A stretch of DNA of 64,000 nucleotides. Origin: a plasmid. The stretch lies in the sequence record NZ_AP019725.1. The stretch is one strand, 5' to 3'. This document shows, piece by piece, positions 19,507-29,676 of this stretch (position 1 is its first letter; each line of letters starts with the position of its first letter). Made by a program: the position numbers and the translations under genes. The notes under the pieces were generated by a model. It saw only the letters and a list, made by a program, of their open reading frames with translations, did not search any database and was not told the origin of the DNA.

Positions 19507-21084
19507 TTAAATGCCAGCAGAGTTGTCAGCTGAGTTGAATACTTGTTTTACTGCGGATATTCCCCACCCCGTTATGGTTTTATTCAGAGTGACAAGACTG
19601 TTTGTGCCGGACTTATTGGTCATTTCTGTTTGTTGTCCGGATAACAACTTTTTGAGTGTTTCCGGAGACTGCTTTTCCAGGTCAATATCCCCCACATTTA
19701 TAGATTCTGTCTTACCGGTGGATTTATCTAGAATGCGGTAATGGCTGCTTTCTTTTTGGCCGGAAGAATAGAATACGTCATAGATCAGAGTTTTACAACC
19801 GGAAGATTGCAATTCTATTTGTTTTGTTGATATGTTTGTTTTCATTTCCATATATTTATTGGTAACGGCTGCCCATTTATCCATACCCTCGGCTGATATA
19901 TTTTCTTTATCGAGAGCTCCAAAAGGATTTTTAGCATATTCACGCATTATTTTATTACGTTCTTCTGATAAATATTGTTCTGGACTTATCGCTGCTTTTG
20001 TATTATTCGAGGAGTACCATTCTAAAGGATGTGGGTTATCTTCACCGTAAGCACCGTAAACTATGTCATCTACTGATTTTCTGATGTTGGCATCTGTGGT
20101 TAATGTTTCATATTTAAAGCCGTTTGGATTAGAATTTAATTCATCTTTTATACTTTTCAAATAGCTCTCGACAGTATTGTATTCAATAACTTCACATACT
20201 TTGCCATTAAAGTCATAATATGAAATGGTTCCTATGACTTCTTTATTGGAGAGTGCTTCAATATTATACTTATCTTGAGGTTTGTTTGAATAATCGATTC
20301 TTGTATTAACTTGTTTATGGCCATTTTCTTGTTGAATACCGGATTCTTCTATTTTAATATTGGGCTCTGTTCCCCTTTCCTTTGCAATGCCAATTTCATA
20401 TTTATAATCATCTATAATCTGTTTCTGTTTTTGTTTCTTCCAGTTCATTATTTTATCTGATTCATTATTGATATATTGATCTCCTTTATTATAATCAAGA
20501 CTCATTTCTTTTATGTAAACATAACCTTCAGTATCCTGTAGACTGGAAACTAACTTTTGGGTAGGCTTTATAATCCTGCGATCTGCTGGTACCTCTATAT
20601 TACCACAGTACGCTCTTGCAACTTCCTGGCAGACAGTAATAGTTGGATTTTTTATATATAAGAATAACTCTTTGTCTTTTCTTATAGTTATAAGTTGTGC
20701 TTTTTCTGTAGGATTCCTTATGTCACTAATGGAGGCCCTTCTCCATTTTAAAGCATATAGTTGTACTTTTTCTACTGGTTTTTGGATGTTTTTTATGCTG
20801 ATTCCCTCTTTTATGAGGTATAGTTGCTCTTTTGCTGTTAAATTCTTAATATGACGATAGTTGTATATATCATCTTTTAAAGCGATGAATCGTACTTTTT
20901 TTGTAGGTTCCTTTATATATTTTATTGCATGAGAAGAACTCCTTACGGCAGCCAGCTGTTGTGCTTCTGTCGGATTAGTTATCTCTTTAATCATTGTCGG
21001 ATTTCTCTTGATATTTTCTAACTCTTTGTTTTCCGAAGAATTGAGAATGTCGTTAATGAGTTCTTTTAGTGGTTTCATAAGCAT
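19507..21084 (-). CDS. DUF4116-like repeat protein with the shared C-terminal module
   Basis: At least six I(K/R)NPTxxxQL.A repeats in the N-terminus. The C-terminal ...DKSTGKTESINVGDIDLEKQSPETLKKLLSGQQTEM... is the shared module. Confidence 0.6.
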   Translation of the reverse strand: MLMKPLKELINDILNSSENKELENIKRNPTMIKEITNPTEAQQLAAVRSSSHAIKYIKEPTKKVRFIALKDDIYNYRHIKNLTAKEQLYLIKEGISIKNIQKPVEKVQLYALKWRRASISDIRNPTEKAQLITIRKDKELFLYIKNPTITVCQEVARAYCGNIEVPADRRIIKPTQKLVSSLQDTEGYVYIKEMSLDYNKGDQYINNESDKIMNWKKQKQKQIIDDYKYEIGIAKERGTEPNIKIEESGIQQENGHKQVNTRIDYSNKPQDKYNIEALSNKEVIGTISYYDFNGKVCEVIEYNTVESYLKSIKDELNSNPNGFKYETLTTDANIRKSVDDIVYGAYGEDNPHPLEWYSSNNTKAAISPEQYLSEERNKIMREYAKNPFGALDKENISAEGMDKWAAVTNKYMEMKTNISTKQIELQSSGCKTLIYDVFYSSGQKESSHYRILDKSTGKTESINVGDIDLEKQSPETLKKLLSGQQTEMTNKSGTNSLVTLNKTITGWGISAVKQVFNSADNSAGI

Positions 21085-21103
21085 TTTGTTTTGTAATTAT
21101 TGA

Positions 21104-22906
21104 TTATATTTCAATGGCATTGTCTATTGCATTCAATGATTGTTTCTCGGTCTTGAGTGTCCAGCCGATCGGTGACTTGCTTAACCTCATTATCCGCGTA
21201 GCACCGGATTGGGTGGACATTTCTGTCTGTTGTCCGGACAACAATTTCTTGATTGCTTCCGGAGGCTGTTTTCCCAAATCAATATTGCTTGCGGTTAAAG
21301 GTTCTATCTTGCCGGCAGATTTATCCTTTATATAGAATTCTCCAGATGAGTCGTTTAATAATGACCTGCATCCGGATGATTGGAGTTCAACTGTATTCAG
21401 TTCCTTAATCCTCAAAATTTCTTTAGTAGGCAATATGTGTTCTGTATAATCGCCGCCGGAACGGGACCCTGTACAAAGAATATAATCATTGCCGGATTTC
21501 CACACCATACGGTCTTGCATCTCATCTTTCCAATAAAATTGAGTATGAAGTTGCCCATGTTGATCGTAGTAGTAGTGGTGAATTACCGGCAGACCGTTTT
21601 TCTCAGATTTCCAGTTAATGCCCATTGCCATAGCCATACGCCTTGCTGCCTGGGTACTTTCCAAGTCAGGATGCCCATTTGCAGCTTTTATAATCCTTTC
21701 TGTTTTGGTAGGCTGACGTATCTCTCCTCTGCTGAGCATTGCTCTGTATTCTTCTTTCAGTACATTTCGTTCTGCTTCATATTTGTTGCTTCGTGTTATG
21801 CTTATGCTTGATAATAAATTTTGTTGGTGTTGTGGCCGGAGGTTTCCCTTGCGTGTTGTGGGCACTGAATAAAATGGATTTTCATATCCTCTCGATACGA
21901 GATATTCATCTTCGGTCATGACTGGTATCTGATTTTGTTTTTCGGTTGAATCCTCGTGTTCCCGGTTCAGACCTATACCTTCTTCCAGGGAAGTGACTGC
22001 TTTGTTGACATCACTTAAAATTGTCATAATAAATTTCGGATCACTCGAAATTATGGAACACCATCCGTCTAGGTACTGTGCGTTTTCTTTTCTGGGGGTA
22101 ACTGCCATACCTAGATCACGTCCGGTTACTGCAGCTGACAGTTCGGCAATCAATTCTTCGCGGGCGTATTCAGTGCTTCCGAAGGAACCAAATTTTCTTG
22201 CCAGTCTTTCTGGATGTCCGGTCGAATGTGCCATCTCGTGAAGAGCTGTGTAGTAGAATTCCTTATCATCAATGAATTGATACCTTTCTGGAAGGGTAAT
22301 GGAATCTTTGTATGGGCTGTAGAAAGCTCCGTCTTGCTCTTTAAGGGTGATGGGACATAGCCATGTCTGTTTTTCAATGGTTGAATCCAGTAGGGCATTC
22401 CGGAAATTGTTGCTGGAATTGATGGTGAACCTAAATTTCTTAACTAGAGCGTTCCATTTTTCTGGATAGACTTCTGAATAGTTGGTCTGGTCTAGATTGA
22501 ACACGTTGTAATATTTAAGAAATGGAATGACTTTATATTTTTCTTGTTCTGCAGGTGATAGGTCCTTGTAGAATTCTCTTGTGACCCGCTTTCCCGTTAT
22601 CTTGTCCTTAATGATTAAATCATAATAGGATACAGGAAATGCTTTGGCACCTTTCAGAACTTGTACCTTTTCATTACGCGCTTGGTTGAAAGTGACAAAA
22701 ATAGGGGTTTTATATTTGTATTTATCACAAATAAAATAGAGTAAAACCTTGTTCTGATTATTGTATGATCTTCCTGTCAGATTTTGCGGAAATCCCTTGA
22801 ATCGGGAAGTGAACCACGGTTTCGTCCAGTTGGATGAATGTACTTCTTTCATCTTTTCGATCATTAGCTCTGCATACTTTTCTAATGCCGGATTTTCATT
22901 TTTCAT
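21104..22906 (-). CDS. ardC: ArdC-like antirestriction protein (ssDNA-binding N-domain plus zincin-like metalloprotease) with the shared C-terminal module
   Basis: N-terminal domain WTKPWFTSRFKGFPQNLTGRSYNNQNKVLL, then an HExxH motif (YYTALHEMAHSTGHPERL). The C-terminal ...KDKSAGKIEPLTASNIDLGKQPPEAIKKLLSGQQTEM... is the shared module. Confidence 0.8.
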   Translation of the reverse strand: MKNENPALEKYAELMIEKMKEVHSSNWTKPWFTSRFKGFPQNLTGRSYNNQNKVLLYFICDKYKYKTPIFVTFNQARNEKVQVLKGAKAFPVSYYDLIIKDKITGKRVTREFYKDLSPAEQEKYKVIPFLKYYNVFNLDQTNYSEVYPEKWNALVKKFRFTINSSNNFRNALLDSTIEKQTWLCPITLKEQDGAFYSPYKDSITLPERYQFIDDKEFYYTALHEMAHSTGHPERLARKFGSFGSTEYAREELIAELSAAVTGRDLGMAVTPRKENAQYLDGWCSIISSDPKFIMTILSDVNKAVTSLEEGIGLNREHEDSTEKQNQIPVMTEDEYLVSRGYENPFYSVPTTRKGNLRPQHQQNLLSSISITRSNKYEAERNVLKEEYRAMLSRGEIRQPTKTERIIKAANGHPDLESTQAARRMAMAMGINWKSEKNGLPVIHHYYYDQHGQLHTQFYWKDEMQDRMVWKSGNDYILCTGSRSGGDYTEHILPTKEILRIKELNTVELQSSGCRSLLNDSSGEFYIKDKSAGKIEPLTASNIDLGKQPPEAIKKLLSGQQTEMSTQSGATRIMRLSKSPIGWTLKTEKQSLNAIDNAIEI

Positions 22907-24076
22907 AGCAATATACAGTATTAGTAAATATATTGTTTCAATTTTAATTCGCACAAATATATGCCTATAGCTATGCAATTGCATTTCGATTTTTCAATTG
23001 ATGACTAACACTTATAGGGAAGATTAGTTGTCATTATTCTAACAGAACTCTAACAGCCAAATTCACTGTAATCGACACTAAAATTACAATAAAGTTCACC
23101 ATACAAAACAATAGTTCGGTATCAATACAATCAATAAATCATGCCTATTCTTGCGCTGATGGTTCTGTATATAAGGTTAATCATGGAGGAGGTATTGCTC
23201 CAGGACAAAAACATGAAGCTAGTATTTCCATCTCAAGCAGTAAGTTACCGATGACATTCATAAATGTTTCAGACTCATATCCGTCTGGCTTATCAGGGGC
23301 TTCATATCCGACTACAATTATAAGTACAACGAAAGAGGTTCTGGTCACAGCGAATTAATAACTAATTTCAGAAGGAAACAAGGCCGGCCTCAATTATGGG
23401 CCAGCCTTGTCTTCATAAGCTATATACTGAAAAACTCTTTAGGAAATCATTTATTTAATAATCATATTTTCTCCAATCTGCTGATATATCCATATTCCTC
23501 GTTACAGTAAAAGTATAACTATGCAGGCGATTAGTGTCAGAGAAGGTCTTTATTGCCGTTCCGGAATCCAGATAGAGTTCGGTACGGATGGACTACCTGG
23601 ACGACATCGACATAGAGGAGTTCCGGGATATTCCCACCTATAAGCGTATGTGTATATGCATCCTGCGCAACGACCATACCTGCAAGTATATGGGGTTCGC
23701 CTTGACGAAGGAGGAGAACGAAATGAAGAGTAACGCCTTGAAAAAATACAAGGATATAAATGCACTATGATGCCTAACCTTCAACCATAAAAAAGCCCCG
23801 ACAGAAGCCGGGGCCACTTATCAAAAAATGATAAATAGAGAACTACTACAACAGCAAAAGTAATGTGTTTCCTTTAACAAACAAGTTATAACACATAGAT
23901 GATGTGGATGCGTGTATTGAAATAGACACATATAAGTATTCTTCTATAATAAGATTATAAAGTTGGGATTATGAAATATTTGTAGTACTTTTGTATTGTT
24001 TCATAAACTTACAGCCGTAATACTTACGATTGTAAGTTTTAATGGCAAGGCTGATTGATTGATAAAAACAGAAAAA

Positions 24077-25414
24077 ATGAAGTTTTATAATAGAGAAGAA
24101 GAACTTGAAGCTCTGAATAAAGTAAGAGAATTGTCTTTTAATGAACATTCCATGTTCACAGTCCTTACAGGTAGACGTAGGATAGGTAAGACTAGCCTTA
24201 TTAAAAAGAGTTGTAATAATACTCCTACTGTCTATCTATTTGTATCTAGGAGTAATGAAGCATTATTATGCCAAAGTTTCGCTGAGGAGATCAGAACTGC
24301 CCTTAATATATTCGTACCAGATGGCATAATATCTTTCGCCGATCTATTTCAATTTCTGATGGATGTTGGTACTAGAGCGAAATTTAATTTAGTAATTGAT
24401 GAATTTCAGGAGTTCTTCTTTATAAACTCTGAAGTGTACAGTAAGATGCAACATATTTGGGATAGTTATCGACTAAAGTCAAATATTAATTTAGTAGTGA
24501 GTGGTTCAGTATATACCTTGATGACTAAAATATTTAAAGATGAGAAAGAACCACTATTTGGCAGAGCTGATCGAATATTAAAATTGATGCCATTTTCAAT
24601 ATCTGTATTAAAAGAAATAATGACAGATAATGGGATACCTTTACCGGAGTGTAATGAAGAACTATTAGCTCTATACTCTTTTACAGGAGGGGTACCAAAA
24701 TATGTCGAGATGCTTGTTGAGAACGGTTGTCATGGTCTCATGGATGTAATGGTTGATTTTATGGTACAACCTGATTCTCCTTTTCTCACTGAAGGGAAAA
24801 ATCTCCTCATTCAGGAATTTGGAAAACAGTATGGAAATTATTTTTCTATATTGGCATCTATTGCTAATGGAAAGAATACACTCACAGAAATGGAAAGCCT
24901 TATGGGGAATATAAGTCTATCTGGACAATTGAAACGTTTGGAAGAAGACTATGAGTTGATCAAAAAGAAGCGTCCACTATTTGCTAAAGAAGGTAGCCAA
25001 ACCGTTAGATATGAGATATCAGATATGTTTTTACGCTTTTGGTTTCGTTACTTTGTTAAGTATCAAAATTTGATTGAGCTTCAAAACTATACTCTTTTAG
25101 GTGATATTATCAAAAAGGATTTTCCTACTTATTCTGGGATAACTCTAGAAATGTATTTTCGCAAAAAAATGATGGAAAGTCATGAATTTATGGATATTGG
25201 TGCCTGGTGGTCAGGTAAAAACAATTCCAATCAGAACGAAATTGATATTATTGGTATCTATGCAGATAATAAACGTGCCTTAGTTGCTGAAGTTAAACGT
25301 AAGGGACGTGAGTTTAAACCTGAACACTTTAAGCAAAAGATTGATTTTATACGTACAAAAATACTTTCCAATTATGAAATAGAGAGCTGTTGTTTAAGTA
25401 TGAATGATATGTGA
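24077..25414 (+). CDS. ATP-binding protein (AAA/Arch_ATPase plus DUF234-type), paralog of 13601..15004
   Basis: Walker A motif (LTGRRRIGKTSLIKK). An alternative TTG start lies at 24059. Confidence 0.7.
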   Translation: MKFYNREEELEALNKVRELSFNEHSMFTVLTGRRRIGKTSLIKKSCNNTPTVYLFVSRSNEALLCQSFAEEIRTALNIFVPDGIISFADLFQFLMDVGTRAKFNLVIDEFQEFFFINSEVYSKMQHIWDSYRLKSNINLVVSGSVYTLMTKIFKDEKEPLFGRADRILKLMPFSISVLKEIMTDNGIPLPECNEELLALYSFTGGVPKYVEMLVENGCHGLMDVMVDFMVQPDSPFLTEGKNLLIQEFGKQYGNYFSILASIANGKNTLTEMESLMGNISLSGQLKRLEEDYELIKKKRPLFAKEGSQTVRYEISDMFLRFWFRYFVKYQNLIELQNYTLLGDIIKKDFPTYSGITLEMYFRKKMMESHEFMDIGAWWSGKNNSNQNEIDIIGIYADNKRALVAEVKRKGREFKPEHFKQKIDFIRTKILSNYEIESCCLSMNDM

Positions 25415-25640
25415 GTCGGAATAATACTTTCCTTTACCCGTCCAAATAGAACAATCCCCTTACTTCAATTCAAGGTAAGCGACTGCTCAACTACATCTTG
25501 TGTATTCGATTTTTTATTGAGGTGCACTCCATTGTAAGTGCGTCTCGATTTTTTCATATGCCAACTTATCTCAGGGTTGTTATTGAGTGTCAATCTCGCT
25601 TTTTCCCGTTTTTTCCTGCATTTTCTCGGAACTGTCCCGA

Positions 25641-27227
25641 TTATTTTCTCCATACATCCGGTAGCAGTTCCTTCAGGTCTCTGTCTGATTTGGGTGCCAG
25701 ATAATAGGGGAGTTTACTGATCACATCATTCAGCCACTCTCTGGGGTTGACACCACGTTCCTTACATGAGCCAAGCAAGGAGCAGATTATAGCCGTATTC
25801 TCAGCAGCTTCGTGATTTCCGCAGAACAGCATGTTCTTTCTTGATATGACCAGTGGCCTCAGGGCATTCTCACAGCGGTTGTTGTCTATAAAGATTCTTC
25901 CGTCATGGAGATACGGTTTCATTCTTGGCAGCAGGGAGTAGGCATAGGCTATGGCTTTCCCCATAAGACTTCGTTTTAGAACTTTAGGGTATGTGTTTTT
26001 AAGCCAGAGTTCAAAGCTGTCAAGTATCGGCTCGGATAGACGTTGACGTAATTCAGCACGTTTTTCATACGGGAGTTCCTGTTTATCCGCCATGTATTCC
26101 ACATTATACATATCCTGGATAAATTTGAGTCCCTGCATGGCATATTCCGGATTTTCTTCCTTGCACAGCTCTATATGCCTGCGGATATGTGCGAGACAGC
26201 CACACAGGCACACGTCCTCTCTATCCTCAAAGGCGTCATAAATAGGATGGCCGTCACTTTGGAGATATCCTTTGAAGTTTTTCAAAAGCCTGACCGCAAC
26301 TTTTTGTGAACGCGATCCGTTGTCGTAATGGAAGAAGAGCAGACGCGGCACAGCCGCTCGGACTATCCAGATGTATTCTTTTGCGGCTTTATGCCTCTCA
26401 TGGTTTATAACCGGAAGCGTGGTCTCGTCAACCTGGAGGTAATCTGCGGCCAGTACTTTCTTCCTGAGTTCCAGATAAAGTGGTCTGAGAAGTTCGCAGA
26501 CCGGTCTGAACCAGCCGTCCAATGTGTTTCTGGACAGTTTCACACCCAGATGTTCCAGCTGTTTCACTTGTCGGTAGAACGGGACATGATATTCGTACTT
26601 CTGTAAAAGGACCTCAGCGAGCATGGAAGCCCCGGGCATGCCTTTATATATGGGCATCAGTGGCATGGGAGCGGTTATTACAGCCTTTTCTCCGTTGTCA
26701 ACGGCCTCCATTTCATTTTTCAGGGCATATGTGGGACGTACCGTGTCTTTCACATAGAGGTAGCCGGGTTTCATCTCAAGGGTCCTGGTATGTTCCTCGC
26801 CTATCTTGACGTATCTGCTTAAATCGACATTCTCCGGTTCGATGACGACTGTTACAACCGGAAGGTTATTCATGACGACCCGGTTACGGCGTGGCGTTTT
26901 ATTGGCGGCCCGGGACTTGGGGACGGTAATCTGTTCAGCCGCCCTGCTCCGGGCCTCTTCGATTTCCGCCTCTATCTGTTCCAGGTCGCCATAGTCAAAA
27001 GGGAGCTTCGGGTCTCCGTTATCGACAGGCTTGCATTTCTCACTCATCTTTCCGAACACCTTCCTCTTCAGCCATGCCAGGGAGGCGTTCAGCTCAACTA
27101 TCGTACCCCGGAGCTCTTCTATGGTCCTTGCCTGGGCCGAGATGATCTCACTCTGTTTACGGTTGATATCCAGCAGCTGTTCCATTGAGGATTCCACAGC
27201 TTGTCCGGTTGCATCTTCTTTTGCCAT
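25641..27227 (-). CDS. tnpC: IS66-family transposase TnpC
   Basis: 528 aa, positioned as the third ORF of the IS66 element, with the coiled-coil N-terminus MAKEDATGQAVESSMEQLL... typical of IS66 TnpC. Confidence 0.85.
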   Translation of the reverse strand: MAKEDATGQAVESSMEQLLDINRKQSEIISAQARTIEELRGTIVELNASLAWLKRKVFGKMSEKCKPVDNGDPKLPFDYGDLEQIEAEIEEARSRAAEQITVPKSRAANKTPRRNRVVMNNLPVVTVVIEPENVDLSRYVKIGEEHTRTLEMKPGYLYVKDTVRPTYALKNEMEAVDNGEKAVITAPMPLMPIYKGMPGASMLAEVLLQKYEYHVPFYRQVKQLEHLGVKLSRNTLDGWFRPVCELLRPLYLELRKKVLAADYLQVDETTLPVINHERHKAAKEYIWIVRAAVPRLLFFHYDNGSRSQKVAVRLLKNFKGYLQSDGHPIYDAFEDREDVCLCGCLAHIRRHIELCKEENPEYAMQGLKFIQDMYNVEYMADKQELPYEKRAELRQRLSEPILDSFELWLKNTYPKVLKRSLMGKAIAYAYSLLPRMKPYLHDGRIFIDNNRCENALRPLVISRKNMLFCGNHEAAENTAIICSLLGSCKERGVNPREWLNDVISKLPYYLAPKSDRDLKELLPDVWRK

Positions 27228-27307
27228 TCAATATCCTTTTTTGATGATATAAAGATAGCGAAAAGCTATAAGAAAAACAAGCCTTCAAGCTGTTTGTTTA
27301 CAACTGT

Positions 27308-27679
27308 TTACCAATGCTTTTTCAAATTGGAAAGCCGTCTTTGCCTGCCTTTGCTGACATCTTCATTGATGCCTTCCACCATAACGACCAGGTCACTCCA
27401 GGTCATGGGGTAAGAACGGGTGGCAGGATCATAGGCGGGTATCTTGAAGGTGCCTTCTTCAAGCAGTTTCTCGTAAAGGACCAGACCGCCCGGTTCGGCA
27501 TGGAGCAATTTTATCTTGGTCCGGAAACGGTTGTAGAAAATGAATACGTCCCCACTTCTGATGTCGCCTCCCATCCTCTCATGCACAAGGCCGCAAAGAG
27601 TGAACATACCTTTCCTCATGTCCGTATAACCGGGGCATAGGAAATATCTCATGCTGTCATTTAGGCAGAACATTGGCAT
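27308..27679 (-). CDS. tnpB: IS66-family TnpB (Orf2)
   Basis: 123 aa with an IS66 Orf2-like sequence (YTDMRKGMFTLCGLVHERMG...). Confidence 0.8.
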   Translation of the reverse strand: MPMFCLNDSMRYFLCPGYTDMRKGMFTLCGLVHERMGGDIRSGDVFIFYNRFRTKIKLLHAEPGGLVLYEKLLEEGTFKIPAYDPATRSYPMTWSDLVVMVEGINEDVSKGRQRRLSNLKKHW

Positions 27680-28091
27680 TATATATTTTAGAGATCAGAT
27701 TCAGGGCAGCTTCACAGCCGGAAGACCCTTTAAACTTCAACTTCAATCCGTTGGGTAATTCCAAGGATATTTCAGAGCTGTCCTTTCCTTTCAAGGGAAA
27801 GGGGACGCTAGGCTGGGGAGATGGCAGGGGAGTCTCGTGAGATATACCGGGGGATGGCGTGTCGCCATTGATTACTATGGGGACAAAGCTGTCTTTAACC
27901 CCTAAGCGGGAGGCTTCTGCCAATAACTCCCGCTCCGTTATACCGTATTTTTGTTTCCAAAGATAGAATCTACTACGGCTATAACCTTCATTCTCACAAA
28001 AATCAGCAATGGACAAACCACTCTGCTGCTGACGGAAAAGAACGGAGATAAATTTTTCTCTGCTCATCATGTGTTTACGTCGCTGCATCAT
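27657..28091 (-). CDS. tnpA: IS66-family TnpA (Orf1, HTH)
   Basis: 144 aa, first ORF of the element, overlapping the tnpB start. Confidence 0.7.
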   Translation of the reverse strand: MMQRRKHMMSREKFISVLFRQQQSGLSIADFCENEGYSRSRFYLWKQKYGITERELLAEASRLGVKDSFVPIVINGDTPSPGISHETPLPSPQPSVPFPLKGKDSSEISLELPNGLKLKFKGSSGCEAALNLISKIYNANVLPK

Positions 28092-28194
28092 AGGATATTA
28101 TTTTTTTGTAGCAAAAGTAAGGAGGGAAAATGAACTGTAGAAGATGTACTTACTTAGGCGCTTACAATTCAAGAAGTAAGGGGATTATTGTTTG

Positions 28195-28404
28195 TTACTC
28201 TTCTTGGTGGTTCATGGCGTACTCTTCATGCCAAGCAAGAAAGGCTCTGGCGCTCTCGTCACTTATCGGCCGGGTATCAATCCATTCTTCCCATGCATCA
28301 GTTAGTTCAGGCTGTGCTTCAACAAACTCTACTAATGTAATTTTACCGTCTTGCTGAAGCTGTACAAGCTCCTCATAGCTTTTGTTTTGTAATTCTTTCA
28401 TCAT
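28195..28404 (-). CDS. hypothetical small acidic protein
   Basis: 69-aa ORF immediately right of the IS66 target-site duplication. Confidence 0.35.
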   Translation of the reverse strand: MMKELQNKSYEELVQLQQDGKITLVEFVEAQPELTDAWEEWIDTRPISDESARAFLAWHEEYAMNHQEE

Positions 28405-28467
28405 CGTAATATTTAATATTTTAATATCTGGATATTTGAATATCTTTATATTTGTACATTTGAATAT

Positions 28468-28692
28468 TTATAGATCAGGCACCTTAACTGTAGCCTGATT
28501 ATCCTCTTGATATTTCCTAAAGTCCTCTGTGAGCAGTTCAAGGTCTTTAATGAATTCATTACTGCATTCCTTTTTTGCCAAGGAATAATAATATTCCAAT
28601 GTCTGCAACGCAAACTTATCCTTCCCTACCAGGGTAAACAATGGTATGTCGTTTTTAAGCGCATTGCGAGCTAATATTACTTGATCTCTCAT
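28468..28692 (-). CDS. small conserved mobile-element protein (MKDQ-family paralog)
   Basis: 74 aa (MRDQVILARNALKNDIPLFTLVGKDKFALQTLEYYYSLAKK...) homologous to 1692..1976 and to the N-terminus of 18441..19475. Confidence 0.5.
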   Translation of the reverse strand: MRDQVILARNALKNDIPLFTLVGKDKFALQTLEYYYSLAKKECSNEFIKDLELLTEDFRKYQEDNQATVKVPDL

Positions 28693-29089
28693 TTTTTATT
28701 CTTGTTTTGATGAATACTATTCTTCAACTTATCTAAAAATGACGAATATAGTTCATCACTTCCATGTCTTGGGAATTTGCTTACTCTTCTCCGGCTGGTC
28801 GGGATGGTATTTCTCTTCCTCTTCCATCTGAAGCCGGACGGCAGCGGCCATGAGCTGTGACAGTGGGACAATAGTAGTCCCGAATACCGCAAATGGCTCG
28901 TATTCTCCTTTATCATTCTGGATATACTTTCTTTCCCCTAAAACGAAGTATCTCTCCTTTTTCCTTGTGCTGCTTGTCTGAGCATCTTTAAGGTCTTGTA
29001 GCCGAAGGAAAGGGTACGCATAGGGAAAGACTCTATTCCGATTGCAACATCTAGTTCCAATTTGAATCTGTATTTATTCTCTTCTACTA

Positions 29090-29639
29090 TCATCTAAAAC
29101 CAATCGGGTTACGTGTTTTCTCTTCAACTTTCTTCCTAACCTGAAGCTCGGCCAACGTCTGGTTGATCATCTTCAGTTACATCCGGGTATCCTCGTTGAT
29201 GTCGTTGTAATCGGTGAAAACTTCTTCCATGTAGGCTCGGAGTTCCTTTATCTGTTTCTCCAGTTCCCCCACTCTGTCTACCGGTAGATTGGCTATCAGT
29301 TGACGGATGGCGACGAAGGCACGAACGATTAAAACACTTGTTTGGATAGCTATATTGCTTCTGAGCACACTTAACCCCATGCTCTGTAAAAGCTAATGGA
29401 ATAGCAGTCTTTGGTCGTTTATTTCGTGATGTCATCACAAATTGTGATGACATATTTTGCCATTCGTCCTTTGCCAGTTGAAACATGAAGTCTTCCGGGA
29501 AACGCTCGATATTACGCTTCACCGCCTGATTGAGAACTCGTGTTTCCACCTCGTACATTTCTGCCAGGTCAAAGTCCAGCATTACCTTCTGGCCCCGGAT
29601 CTCATATATCTTGCTTTGGATTAATTGCAGCTCGTCCAT
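29090..29639 (-). pseudogene. ORF6N-domain protein, frameshifted copy of 35277..35846
   Basis: The N-terminal 60 aa are near-identical to the intact copy. The reading frame breaks, and the C-terminal half is recovered in ORF 29177..29380. The nucleotide sequence is near-identical to 35280..35830. Confidence 0.7.
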
Positions 29640-29676
29640 AAAGAATTTATTGTCGATTGATTACACTAATGCATAC

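Larger units (their letters stand above)
25475..28165 (-). mobile_element. IS66-family insertion sequence (complete, three ORFs) flanked by an 8-bp target-site duplication AATTCAAG
   Basis: Terminal inverted repeats GTAAGCGACTGCTCAACTACATCTT (left) and GTAAGCGCCTAAGTAAGTACATCTT (right, reverse complement). The direct repeat AATTCAAG sits at 25467..25474 and 28166..28173. Confidence 0.85.

Noticed and set aside
23550-23770. ORFs 23550..23765 (-) and 23588..23770 (+)
   Set aside because: They overlap each other on opposite strands in a region with no other gene-like signal. Most likely non-coding; a terminator-like hairpin at 23794..23816 suggests a small transcript but not a protein.
28689-28916. 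75-aa Arg/Lys-rich ORF overlapping the stop of 28468..28692
   Set aside because: Extremely basic, low-complexity composition with no counterpart next to the other two MKDQ-family paralogs. Likely non-coding, although the ATGA overlap keeps it marginally possible.
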